64,000 nt of DNA, from positions 1 through 64,000 of the forward strand of contig CBFGJV010000012.1 of the NCBI GenBank assembly GCA_965649205.1. Direction: 5' to 3'. A program made the translations under genes and the position numbers. This document shows positions 50,438 through 59,423 of this stretch, piece by piece; position 1 is the first letter of the stretch, and each line of letters opens with the position of its first letter. The notes under the pieces are model-generated. The model searched no databases. It worked only from the letters and a program-made list of their open reading frames with translations, and had not been told where the DNA came from. This stretch comes from a candidate division WOR-3 bacterium (lineage in GTDB: Bacteria; Hydrothermota; Tepidihabitantia; Tepidihabitantales; Tepidihabitantaceae).

Positions 50438-51980
50438 GAACTTCTCCTTGATATTGCTGACTGGTTTCAACCAAAAGGGCGAATTCTTCCTTCAATTTCG
50501 GGTACAGCGCCTTGTAACGCTGATAATAAGCTTCGTAAGCATTGCGGTCTGGCCCTGGCAAGGTGGTGCCGGTTTCTTTAACAGTGTTTCTGCAGGCTTC
50601 CTGAGCTGTAGCATAGATTCCGGTTCCTATGCCAGCCAGCAGAGCCGCTCCAAAGGCTGCTCCCTGAGTGATGTTCACAGTTACCACCTCTGCGGCAAAA
50701 ACATCTGCCATTACCTGACGCCAGAGAGCAGAGCGGGAGCCGCCACCAGAGATTCGGATTTTACCGCAGGCCAGATTATGTTCGCATAGTAGCTCCAGGC
50801 AGTCACGCAGACTGAAGGTAACTCCTTCTATTACAGAACGGGTCAGGTGGGGCAGGGAATGGCGCAGAGACAGACCGAAGAAAACGCCGCGAGCATGCGG
50901 ATCAGGATGAGGACAGCGTTCCCCGGAAAGGTAGGGGAGAAAGAGCAAACCTTCGCTCCCGGCAGGGACAGAAGCAGCGGTTTCGGTCATAACTTCGTAG
51001 GGGTCCTTGTCTACGTGGGACCAAGATTTTGCTACTTTCCAGATGTTATCCCGCAGCCAGCGCAGGCTGCCTCCGGCAGAAAGGGTTACGCCCATCAGGT
51101 GCCAGCGGTTCGGAGCAGCATGACAATAGGCGTGCATCCTACCAGTCGGGTCCGGGCGGTAGCAGTTAGTGGCAGCAAATACTACTCCAGAGGTCCCGAT
51201 GGTCACAGAGACAATGCCTTCGTCGACAATGCCCGTTCCAAGCGACTGGGCAGCTTGGTCCCCCGCTCCGGCAACAACCGGGGTTTTTGGCGCAAGGCCG
51301 GTCAATTCTGCGGCCTGCGAACTGATGTGGCCGACCAGCTCGTGGCATTCGTACACTTTTGGTAGCCACTCCCAAGGGATGTCAAGCACTTGAAGGATGT
51401 GCTCAGACCAGACGCGCCTGCCTGTGTCCAACAGGTTGGTTCCTGAGGCGTCGGCTACGTCAATGGCATAGTTCCCGGTGAGACGTAACCTGACGTAGTC
51501 TTTGGGTAATTGCAGGTGTCGTGCCTGCGCGTACACGTCGGGTTCGTTTTCTCGTACCCAGAGAATCTTGCCTGCGGTGAAACCGGTTAGGGCCGGTTTG
51601 CCGGTAATGTTGATGATGCGGGACAAACCGATCCGGCGGTTGATGTCGTCGCACTGTTTTGCGGTGCGCTGGTCGTTCCACATTATGCAAGGCCGTAATA
51701 CGCGGTCGTTTTCGTCCAGGAGAACCAAGCCGTGCATCTGACCGGTTAGGCCGATACCGGCTATATGATTGGACTTAATACCGGATGCAGACAGCACTCG
51801 CCGAATGCTTTTGATGGTTGCCTGCCACCAGTCTTCCGGATTCTGCTCAGCCCAGCCAGGACGAGGTGTTGCCAGTGGGTACTCGCTTGTGTGTTCTGCG
51901 AGTACGGTGCCCTCGGGGTCTATCAGTACCGCCTTGGCACCGGTGGTGCCTATATCTATGCCGAGGAGAAGCGGTTTCAT
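50424..51980 (-). CDS. xylB: Xylulokinase
   Basis: LGIDIGTTG, GLTGQMHG, WNDQR, GAGDQAA, PYLSGER, GGGSRS. Confidence 0.93.
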   Translation of the reverse strand: MKPLLLGIDIGTTGAKAVLIDPEGTVLAEHTSEYPLATPRPGWAEQNPEDWWQATIKSIRRVLSASGIKSNHIAGIGLTGQMHGLVLLDENDRVLRPCIMWNDQRTAKQCDDINRRIGLSRIINITGKPALTGFTAGKILWVRENEPDVYAQARHLQLPKDYVRLRLTGNYAIDVADASGTNLLDTGRRVWSEHILQVLDIPWEWLPKVYECHELVGHISSQAAELTGLAPKTPVVAGAGDQAAQSLGTGIVDEGIVSVTIGTSGVVFAATNCYRPDPTGRMHAYCHAAPNRWHLMGVTLSAGGSLRWLRDNIWKVAKSWSHVDKDPYEVMTETAASVPAGSEGLLFLPYLSGERCPHPDPHARGVFFGLSLRHSLPHLTRSVIEGVTFSLRDCLELLCEHNLACGKIRISGGGSRSALWRQVMADVFAAEVVTVNITQGAAFGAALLAGIGTGIYATAQEACRNTVKETGTTLPGPDRNAYEAYYQRYKALYPKLKEEFALLVETSQQYQGEVHGHA

Positions 51981-53134
51981 GCTTCAGACCTTCCAGGTTT
52001 TTGTAGGGGGTGGAGTCTTTCGGGAAATCTGGCTCGCATCCGTACTAGGTATGCTTCCAGCCAGCCACAGGTCTTGTCAGGGTTATTGGTGGCGTACACG
52101 ATAGCTTCGTGGTCTAGGCTGTTGATTCTGTCGTTTGCTGCTCGGATAGCGTCCATACTGATTTTCAGGGCAGTTTCTACCGGCATTCTTTCCGGGTTGA
52201 TATCTATACCGAACCAGCCGCGATAGCCGTGCATCTTGAGTACATAGAGCAGAGCTTCTGTCTGCTCAGGGGAGACTACACCTACATTCAGGTCTTGGTC
52301 AAAATTGCCCAGAGGCTGGCTGTTCAGGTGCATGTGGTACAGGCGACCTTCTGACAGGGGCCACGAGTAAGCGTAAGGGAGGTCTTCATAAGCCATTAGA
52401 GCGTGACCAACTTCTGGGTTCATTCCGATGAGAGTGTGTCCCTCAGCGAGTATTTTTCTGTTGTCTTCGTGTTGGAGCAGCTTTTCGACTTGGTGGCAGA
52501 GAAGTATGCCTTCAGGCGTGGTACCGTAAATAATACGGCCGCGTGGTTCATAAGGTTTAGGTTCGAAGGCGATGCGTACGCCCGGCACTGCGTCCATGGC
52601 CTCGGCCAGCCCATGCACGAAGCGATCACGCATTGCCAGAAAATCTATGCCAAACGGGTTTTCGTAACCGTCGATACCCGGCCAAACTACGGCAAAATCG
52701 GTATGGAATTCTTGGTTCAGTCTCAGGGTGCGCTTCGTTATTTCAATTGCTTTCTGTCGGGCCTGTGGGAGCGGACTGGAAAGGGAACCCCAGGCGAAGT
52801 CTGGGTCGCGGAACAAGAGGGGCACAATAGTTACCAATTTGAAACCGGTTTCTTTGCAGAACTTCGCCCAGACGTCAGCATTGTCTTCGTTGATTTCGTT
52901 GGGATAGTGGGCTTCAAGACCTCCCAGTCCGTAGTCTTTGAGTTTAGCCGCAATATCTAGCCGCTGTCTTATGTCCAGGTCTGGTTGGTACTTTTCGTGA
53001 AAGCGACTGTCTGGAGGAGAAAAAAACCAGATGCCAGCGGAGAATCTGAGTTCGAGGTGAAAATTTTGGAGGTGTTTTACCATTTCTTCTGCTGAGCGCC
53101 GTACCATTTGGGAACGCAGGTCAATTACTGGCAT
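51977..53134 (-). CDS. xylA: Xylose isomerase (divergent)
   Basis: WPGIDG, FEPKPYEP, NPEVGH, HLN....FDQDL; upstream of xylB with ATGA overlap. Confidence 0.8.
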   Translation of the reverse strand: MPVIDLRSQMVRRSAEEMVKHLQNFHLELRFSAGIWFFSPPDSRFHEKYQPDLDIRQRLDIAAKLKDYGLGGLEAHYPNEINEDNADVWAKFCKETGFKLVTIVPLLFRDPDFAWGSLSSPLPQARQKAIEITKRTLRLNQEFHTDFAVVWPGIDGYENPFGIDFLAMRDRFVHGLAEAMDAVPGVRIAFEPKPYEPRGRIIYGTTPEGILLCHQVEKLLQHEDNRKILAEGHTLIGMNPEVGHALMAYEDLPYAYSWPLSEGRLYHMHLNSQPLGNFDQDLNVGVVSPEQTEALLYVLKMHGYRGWFGIDINPERMPVETALKISMDAIRAANDRINSLDHEAIVYATNNPDKTCGWLEAYLVRMRARFPERLHPLQKPGRSEA

Positions 53135-53208
53135 AGTTGCTCCTTTGGTTATGGTCCAAGATTACAACGTTTATGCGGTTGATGTCAATGGTAGCAAGGA
53201 CGATAAAG

Positions 53209-53237
53209 AAAAGCAGGGCTTTTGCAGCCCTGCTTTT
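53209..53237 (-). terminator. Intrinsic (bidirectional) terminator
   Basis: aaaagcagggct-tttgc-agccctgctttt. Confidence 0.85.
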
Positions 53238-53254
53238 TCGTTTGAGCCTGCAAA

Positions 53255-54946
53255 TTAGCGTGACACCACCAAGCGGCAAGTGTGGGACCCCGTGCCGGTG
53301 TCCAGTCTCAAAAGATATACGCCAGGGGGGAGATTTGCACAGTTCCATACCAGGTGGTGGGTTCCAGCTGTGAATTCCTTTTGATTAAGAACGGTTAGCT
53401 CCCGGCCAGAGATGTCTAGTACAGACAAACGAGCTGGGCCGGTACGAGGAAGGGAGAAGCTGATTTCGGCATGATGGGAAGCAGGAGTGGGCCGGATAAA
53501 GAGGTTGAGAGGTTTTCTTGGAGAAATCTGTCCTTCTTCGATGCCGGACATCCCGTATCCGTCGAAGTACAAACCAGTGGGTCCGACACCAGCGTACAGT
53601 ACTGTCGAAAAATTGCCGTTGTCGGTCATCCATCCCGCTTGAGGGGGGAAGTTACCAGTGTGGCGGTGGTCATTTACTTTTATGGGCTTAGTCCAGTTGG
53701 TATCACCGGAAGCCCAAGTAAACATCAGCGAGTCAGATGGGACAAGGGCGAAGCATACTGTAGGATATCCGGTGCCCCGGTCGCAGGCAATGCTGGGCAG
53801 TTTTTCGTTGTTCGGGGTATCCATATGGCCGATGCCGTCGTCTCCTCCATAGGCCCAGCTTTGACCGTCATCTGTGCTGTAATAGTAGAATACCCCCGTA
53901 CCTTTGTTGTTGTACAGAGTCATATCTCTGACGTGTACCAGCCAGACTGTTCCCCTGTTGTGTCTAGCACCAATGACGGGGTCGTAGACCGGGACTGTGG
54001 GCGTTCCCACTTGATAGGAATTAAGCCAGGTGGTGCCTCGGTTTGTGCTCTGTTTTATTCTGAACGAAACGGAATCGGTGGTTGATTGACGCTTGTCGCG
54101 ACAGACAATATAAACGTTTCCGTTGCGGCCGTAGCAGATGTCGGGTTTGGGAGCAGTTTTGGTGTCGAGTATGGTGCCAGAGGTGGATGCCCAAGTTTTA
54201 CCATAGTCCGTAGAGCGCAACGTGTATATGCTGCTTCCGCCATCTTCAGCCTGATAAGTGAGATACAGGTAGTACGGATTTTCTATATCCCTAGTGGCTG
54301 AGAAATTAGTGATCGTGTCTGTGTCCACTTTGACGGGAAAGACATTGGCTCCGCCGGTGAGACCAAACCGGCCTACGTAAATATCTCCGTTGCCGGCTGA
54401 GCTTTTCACGAAGAAGAAAACAAAATTAGAATCTCCCTCGCCTACTATCAGTTTCAACGAGCTCAGTACGTAGCCAGGATGTACTAGGCCGTTCCATTTC
54501 GCCCAGTTTCGGCCGTTGTTGGTGGAACGGTATATGTGGGCGGTTTCGCCGTTGGACACAGTGAAGGCCGCGAATAGTATACCACTTGATGTCTGGTCAT
54601 ATGCAATCATACGTTCGCTTGCTGAGGGTGAAGGACTTCTCAGGTTGCCACTGTAGACTACGATGTCCGGTCCCCAAAGAGGGTATGGTTCTGCAGGTTC
54701 ACCGCCATCTGTTATTTCCAGGACGCGTGGTGGCTCTCCTAGTGTAGGAAGGGGGGCGGGACCAGGTCGGTATCCGTCTGGGATGTCGCCGGTATTTTTC
54801 CATGTTCTTATAGGCGCATCCTCGGAGGAAAAAACCGTCGTCTTTACCGAGGGGGGAACGTATTTCTGCCCGGTGGAGTTTAGATCAACTTGAGCCCACA
54901 CTATCGGACAGAAGCCGGCCAAGATGATTACTAGGGCGGTCTTCAT
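53255..54946 (-). CDS. Secreted BNR/Asp-box (sialidase-like) propeller protein with T9SS-type CTD
   Basis: Signal peptide; Asp-boxes RSTNNGRNW, RSTDYGKTW, QSTNRGTTW, YSTDDGQSW; LDISGRE...LPPGVYLLRL. Confidence 0.85.
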   Translation of the reverse strand: MKTALVIILAGFCPIVWAQVDLNSTGQKYVPPSVKTTVFSSEDAPIRTWKNTGDIPDGYRPGPAPLPTLGEPPRVLEITDGGEPAEPYPLWGPDIVVYSGNLRSPSPSASERMIAYDQTSSGILFAAFTVSNGETAHIYRSTNNGRNWAKWNGLVHPGYVLSSLKLIVGEGDSNFVFFFVKSSAGNGDIYVGRFGLTGGANVFPVKVDTDTITNFSATRDIENPYYLYLTYQAEDGGSSIYTLRSTDYGKTWASTSGTILDTKTAPKPDICYGRNGNVYIVCRDKRQSTTDSVSFRIKQSTNRGTTWLNSYQVGTPTVPVYDPVIGARHNRGTVWLVHVRDMTLYNNKGTGVFYYYSTDDGQSWAYGGDDGIGHMDTPNNEKLPSIACDRGTGYPTVCFALVPSDSLMFTWASGDTNWTKPIKVNDHRHTGNFPPQAGWMTDNGNFSTVLYAGVGPTGLYFDGYGMSGIEEGQISPRKPLNLFIRPTPASHHAEISFSLPRTGPARLSVLDISGRELTVLNQKEFTAGTHHLVWNCANLPPGVYLLRLDTGTGSHTCRLVVSR

Positions 54947-55036
54947 AGTTATGCTCCTTTCTTTGTTTGCCTTTAGCTTTTTCTTTGTGCGCCACTAAGG
55001 CCCCGAACGGGTCCTAGGGTCGTACTTATTACCGTC

Positions 55037-55064
55037 ATTTTAGGCTGATAACCCTGCAGGTCAA
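55037..55064 (-). promoter_or_regulatory. sigma70-type promoter
   Basis: TTGACC-N16-TAAAAT. Confidence 0.7.
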
Positions 55065-55118
55065 TGTTTTCTTCTGCCAAACTGTTTGACAGACGTCGTT
55101 TGCTGAGAAAAAATAATC

Positions 55119-55340
55119 ATGATGGTAAAGACGCACGCTCTGGTTCTGGCTCTGGTGCTTGTGTCGTCTGTGTGTAAGGATAATCAGCGGGTGCGGTTCT
55201 GCCGGCGGAAAGAATCTTATGTAGCTACACTACTATTGCGACCCGAAGATTACCAGCTGCTGGGATTGGTGGAACAGGAAGACGGGGTTGATCTTCTGTG
55301 GCAGTACATAGGTTGTCCCAGTCTGCAATTTCCCGGTTGA
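55119..55340 (+). CDS. Small hypothetical protein with hydrophobic N-terminus
   Basis: 73 aa; TTGACA at 55086; HALVLALVLVSSVC signal-like segment. Confidence 0.45.
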   Translation: MMVKTHALVLALVLVSSVCKDNQRVRFCRRKESYVATLLLRPEDYQLLGLVEQEDGVDLLWQYIGCPSLQFPG

Positions 55341-55343
55341 GCA

Positions 55344-55583
55344 ATGCCAAGACGGAAACCTCACCAAATTCTCGATCCGGAACAGGAAAGAGGGGAGAAA
55401 ATAATACTAGCGATGCAAAAGTTGGAGCACAAACGCCAGCATCCTCGCCCTTTGCTGGCACCCTGGGTGCTGGCCCTCTTGCTAATCGCTGTCATTATTG
55501 TCATTCTGTTCCTCAACCGCGAACGATTTCTTTTGGCCTGGTTGCATCTTACCCGGCCTGATTCAATACCAGGACTTGAATAG
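55344..55583 (+). CDS. Small hypothetical single-TM protein
   Basis: 79 aa; WVLALLLIAVIIVILFL helix; same frame as the upstream ORF. Confidence 0.55.
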   Translation: MPRRKPHQILDPEQERGEKIILAMQKLEHKRQHPRPLLAPWVLALLLIAVIIVILFLNRERFLLAWLHLTRPDSIPGLE

Positions 55584-55601
55584 CGCCCACAGATTCTAAA
55601 G

Positions 55602-55639
55602 AGAAAAAGAAGGAGTAGCCAATACGGCTGCTCCTTCTT
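55602..55639 (-). terminator. Intrinsic terminator of hsp20
   Basis: aagaaggagtagcc-aatac-ggctgctccttctt with an A-run on + (T-run on -). Confidence 0.8.
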
Positions 55640-55656
55640 CTGCGCGAAGCCGAGTT

Positions 55657-56103
55657 CTAATTGCTTTCGATCGTAATCTCTCGCGACTTTGCCTTTTCGG
55701 ATTTGGGCATATTCAGTTCCAGAACCCCGTCTTTGTAGGAAGCCTTCACCTTGTCGGCCTGGATGTCGGCCGGCAGGATCAAGGAGCGCTGGAACTTTCC
55801 ATACGCCCGTTCAATCCGATGGAAAGTCCTGCCTTTCTCCTCGGCTTCGTGACGCCGCTCACCCGAGATGGTCAACTGGTCACCAGTTATGGAGACCTTA
55901 ATATCCTCTTTCTTCATCCCGGGCAGTTCGGCGCGGACGATAATGGCACTGTCCGTTTCCTCTATGTCTAGAGCCGGAGACCAGAAAGTTTCCAGCCTGT
56001 CCGGCGCATAACGACCTACCATAGAGTCAAACAGACGGTCCATTTCATCCCGCAGCGATGCTATTTCCCTGAAAGGATCCCAGCGAACCAGCTGCTTTGC
56101 CAT
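55657..56103 (-). CDS. Small heat-shock protein (Hsp20/alpha-crystallin)
   Basis: WDPFREI, AELPGMKKEDI, ERAYGKFQRS, ASYKDGVLEL; SD aaggagg. Confidence 0.96.
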   Translation of the reverse strand: MAKQLVRWDPFREIASLRDEMDRLFDSMVGRYAPDRLETFWSPALDIEETDSAIIVRAELPGMKKEDIKVSITGDQLTISGERRHEAEEKGRTFHRIERAYGKFQRSLILPADIQADKVKASYKDGVLELNMPKSEKAKSREITIESN

Positions 56104-56138
56104 AGTCCTCACCTCCTTTTTCTCTCATTTCCACCTTG

Positions 56139-56167
56139 TTAGACTAAATCCGCAGGTCGGGGTTTCA
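56139..56167 (-). promoter_or_regulatory. ECF-type promoter candidate for hsp20
   Basis: TGAAACC-N16-GTCTAA on the minus strand. Confidence 0.5.
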
Positions 56168-56192
56168 GGCGCCGGTGGGATCTTTCGTTAGG

Positions 56193-56645
56193 TCAACGCT
56201 CAAGAAATAGCTGGGAAAAAGGGCGTCGGAAAACATCTTGGGCCAGGCTTTCTACTTCTTTTTTTGTTCGTGCGGGAGTGAGGTGCAGTTCAGTCCATAC
56301 CTCCGGCCGGAGCTCCAACTCCAGCTGGGCGCCAGCCGGCTCTTGCCAAGGGGTGCCTGATTCTTTCTGACTTTGTCCTAGGCGTTCGAAAAGGACGACT
56401 ACCCGGCGTGAACGTCGGATACGCAAGTTGCATTTACCTACCGTGCAACCGCAGCCGACTTGTATTCCATCAACAAAACAAGTGTAGGGAGGCCGACTGG
56501 GGCAGAATACACAGGCTCGCAGACGAAAGGGAGAGGCTCGCAATTTGCGCGCGGCAAATGTTCCGGCGCGCAGGCCAAGCACAAGCCAGGGACCGAGATG
56601 ACCATGGAACCTGGCTGCGTAGCGAAGAGGTGCGGTACTGTCCAC
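56193..56645 (-). CDS. FmdE-family protein
   Basis: FHGHLGPWLVLGLRAG, TCFVDGIQ...GCTVGK; likely GTG start at 56645, 6 nt after TTGACT-N17-TATTTT. Confidence 0.82.
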   Translation of the reverse strand: MDSTAPLRYAARFHGHLGPWLVLGLRAGTFAARKLRASPFRLRACVFCPSRPPYTCFVDGIQVGCGCTVGKCNLRIRRSRRVVVLFERLGQSQKESGTPWQEPAGAQLELELRPEVWTELHLTPARTKKEVESLAQDVFRRPFSQLFLER

Positions 56646-56771
56646 AGACGCAAAATAGCGAGCAGACAAGTAGAAGTCAAGTGCGGACAAGTGCGAAAGA
56701 GACTGTTGGGAAAAAGCAGACCCCCCCTCTGTTTCCATTGACCAACTGTTATCTTGACTTCATACTAGGTC

Positions 56772-57680
56772 GTGCATTTTCTGCTACTGAAGATACTGGC
56801 AGCGGTAGCAATGGGGCTGGTGCTGAAACAGGCAGAGGTGCGTAGATTCTCACGGCTTGCACTTATCCGGGTTAATTACGCAGTAGCTGCGTTTCTGGGT
56901 TTTGGATGTGCTGTGATTTTTGATCAGACCCAGTTGACTTGGCCAACAGCCATTCTGGGAGGGACAACTGGCGTTTTGTTTGTGGCCGGCTTGGCTCTAT
57001 GGATGAAAGCAATCGAGACTGCCGGTCTGGCTCTTTCCGTGGTGGCGATGCGTACGGCTATTGTGATTCCTGCATTGGCGGCAGTTCTAATTTGGCAGGA
57101 GAAGCCCAACTGGTTGGAGTTGGTTGGTGCAGCCATAGCACTGTGTGCCTTGGGGTTGGTGCTCTGGGATGTAGCCACAAGCCGGGAAGGCGCAAAGTCT
57201 GAGTCGTATGCCACGGCGACGCAAGGCGTTTGCTCAGGTTGCAAGACAGCCACATTGCCAGCTTGGTTTTGGCTTATCGGTCTCTTTCTGGTTGATGGTC
57301 TGGTGATGTCTGCTGCTCAGGTTTTCAGACACCATATGCCGCAGGGGGAGAATTTCCCGTTTCAAGTAGCTATATTCATATCCGCCTTTGTAGTCACCTC
57401 TGTTTTCTACTTTTTGCGTCGTAGACAACTAAGCAGGTCCGAATTGTCCTATGGAGCCCTGCTGGGCATTGCAAACCTGGGCAATTATCTTTTTTTAGTT
57501 CTGGCTTTGGCTTTGCTACCCGGGGTAGTGGTTTATCCGGTGGTTGCCGGAGCGGAAGTAGGTTTGCTTACTTTAGCTGGCACCATCGTCTGGCGAGAGA
57601 GGATAGGGGTCAGGAGTTGGCTTGGTATTGGCTTGGCGGTGATTGCCCTTGTACTGGTTCAAATTGCTCGCGACGCTTGA
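56772..57680 (+). CDS. EamA/DMT-family transporter
   Basis: About 10 TM helices; two repeats ending IWQEKP and VWRERIG. Confidence 0.85.
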   Translation: MHFLLLKILAAVAMGLVLKQAEVRRFSRLALIRVNYAVAAFLGFGCAVIFDQTQLTWPTAILGGTTGVLFVAGLALWMKAIETAGLALSVVAMRTAIVIPALAAVLIWQEKPNWLELVGAAIALCALGLVLWDVATSREGAKSESYATATQGVCSGCKTATLPAWFWLIGLFLVDGLVMSAAQVFRHHMPQGENFPFQVAIFISAFVVTSVFYFLRRRQLSRSELSYGALLGIANLGNYLFLVLALALLPGVVVYPVVAGAEVGLLTLAGTIVWRERIGVRSWLGIGLAVIALVLVQIARDA

Positions 57681-57710
57681 AAACCGTGGTGTGGGGCGAG
57701 GCGGACGGGT

Positions 57711-57739
57711 CGCAGGAAATAGCAAGAGAGAGGGTCTAA
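57711..57739 (+). promoter_or_regulatory. ECF-type promoter, copy 1
   Basis: CGCAGGA-N16-GTCTAA, repeated at 58394. Confidence 0.7.
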
Positions 57740-57758
57740 CTAACATGATAGCAAAAAG

Positions 57759-58385
57759 ATGGCTAAGGACTTGTCCGCAACGGGCAAGTATCTTGTAACT
57801 TTGGGGTTAGTGCAGGTGGCGGAAGAAACCCCGACCTCGCAGACGGTTGAACGGGAACTGGTACTGCGAGCGCAGAACGGAGACCTGGATGCGTTTGAGA
57901 AGCTTGTCGTGAAGTACTATCGCCCACTTTTTTCTTATGTTTACCGAATGTGTACAGACTACAACGAAACTGAGGAAATAGTGCAGTCAGCGCTGGTCAA
58001 GGCTTGGCAAGGTATCAAGGGATTTCAGGGCAGGTCTAGTTTCAAGACCTGGTTATTCCGCATTGGTACGAATCTCGCCATAAACAGGGCGACCCGACGC
58101 AAGCCGGTATGTGAGATTCCGGAAACGCTTCCGGCGCCAGAATCGGCAGAACCACAGGAGGCGTATCGGAGTAGACAGCGAGAGGCATTAGTGCGGGCAG
58201 CGTTGGAGCGATTGCCTGCGGACCAGCGTTCTGCCTTGGTGCTATGTGTATATGAGGATATGAGTTATGAGGAGATAGCCCGGTCTCTGGGTAAAACGGT
58301 AAGGGCGGTTGACTCGCTTCTTTTCCGGGCTCGGCAGAACTTGCGGAAAATACTAGGCCCGGCAAGAGACAAGGGGATATTGTGA
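57759..58385 (+). CDS. ECF sigma factor
   Basis: GDLDAFEKLV, EEIVQ, SSFKTWLFRI, MSYEEIA, VDSLLFRARQNL. Confidence 0.95.
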   Translation: MAKDLSATGKYLVTLGLVQVAEETPTSQTVERELVLRAQNGDLDAFEKLVVKYYRPLFSYVYRMCTDYNETEEIVQSALVKAWQGIKGFQGRSSFKTWLFRIGTNLAINRATRRKPVCEIPETLPAPESAEPQEAYRSRQREALVRAALERLPADQRSALVLCVYEDMSYEEIARSLGKTVRAVDSLLFRARQNLRKILGPARDKGIL

Positions 58386-58393
58386 GTAGTGAC

Positions 58394-58422
58394 CGCAGGA
58401 GAAACAGATCTTGGGAGTCTAA
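58394..58422 (+). promoter_or_regulatory. ECF-type promoter, copy 2
   Basis: CGCAGGA-N16-GTCTAA. Confidence 0.7.
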
Positions 58423-58434
58423 ATATTACGAAAA

Positions 58435-58860
58435 ATGAAGTGCCAGAAAGCGAAAAGATTGCTTTCCCGATATCTGGACCAGGAGCTATGCGGCCCAGAG
58501 CTTGAACAGGTAGAGAAACATCTGGCCGAGTGCGCCTGGTGCAGAGAAGAACTTTTAGCCCTGAGAGAATGCGGGCAAGTACTCATTAGTTCAGCTTTGT
58601 CTGTACCAGAACCCCCGGCGTTCCTAATAGATAAGGTAATGTCTGAGCTGAGAGCCGGGACGAGGGGTAGAGCTATCTCTTTCTGGCAGCGTGCGTTACC
58701 CTTGGCGGCAGGGGTGATACTGGTAATAACTGGCGCCTGGCTGGGTGTTTTTCTGGGACGGGAATATGCGACTGAGAATAAAGGCGGATCTGTCCATATC
58801 TTGACTGTGAGTGAAGGACTTTCGCTGGAAGACATTTACCAGGCCATAGCCGAGGAGTAG
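58435..58860 (+). CDS. Zinc-finger (zf-HC2/ZAS) anti-sigma factor
   Basis: C...LLSRYLD.EL...HLAECAWC; one TM helix. Confidence 0.92.
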   Translation: MKCQKAKRLLSRYLDQELCGPELEQVEKHLAECAWCREELLALRECGQVLISSALSVPEPPAFLIDKVMSELRAGTRGRAISFWQRALPLAAGVILVITGAWLGVFLGREYATENKGGSVHILTVSEGLSLEDIYQAIAEE

Positions 58861-58862
58861 GC

Positions 58863-59414
58863 ATGAAGGGCAAATGGATGCTGATTTTTCTGGTTGCCTC
58901 CGTGACCTTGAATCTGGCGGCTGTGGGGACGTTTGTGTACAACCGAGTAACTCAAGCCAGACGACAACAGATTTTTTCCCAAAGAATTAGAGGCGGTGCC
59001 AAAGCCAGAGTGACAGCTCTAGTCAGGGAAATGGAGCCAAAGATGGATTCGATTAGGAATGTGTACTGGGATGCCAGGAGGCAACTTGGCATTTTGGGGT
59101 TTGAAGATAACCCGGCTCCTTATGTGGTGGATTCTCTGCTCAATGTGATTGCCGAATCACATAAAGAGATGAACCGTCTGGTATTCCAAACTGCGCAAAG
59201 GTTGGAGGCAGAATACCCCGTGGAGAAGCGAGAAAGGATAAGACGTAGATTGATAGAGATGTGGGAAGGAGGAAGAGAGCGTGGACCGCGCCGCAGACAC
59301 CTGCGGCCTCGGTTTCCGCCTCCCTGGCGAGAAAGAATGCCTGGACCCAGGCCGCGAGGTAAAGAGGGATTTCCACCAGAAGGGAGACGAAGCGTTGTCT
59401 TTGAACAAACATAA
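58863..59414 (+). CDS. Periplasmic heavy-metal-sensor/Spy-like helical protein
   Basis: LVASVTLNLAAVG N-terminal anchor, helical body, Arg/Pro/Gly-rich tail; position after the anti-sigma. Confidence 0.7.
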   Translation: MKGKWMLIFLVASVTLNLAAVGTFVYNRVTQARRQQIFSQRIRGGAKARVTALVREMEPKMDSIRNVYWDARRQLGILGFEDNPAPYVVDSLLNVIAESHKEMNRLVFQTAQRLEAEYPVEKRERIRRRLIEMWEGGRERGPRRRHLRPRFPPPWRERMPGPRPRGKEGFPPEGRRSVVFEQT

Positions 59415-59423
59415 GGAGGACCA

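Noticed and set aside
57745..57798. 17-aa uORF overlapping the ECF sigma start
   Set aside because: No support beyond an ATG near the predicted TSS; such short ORFs arise by chance.
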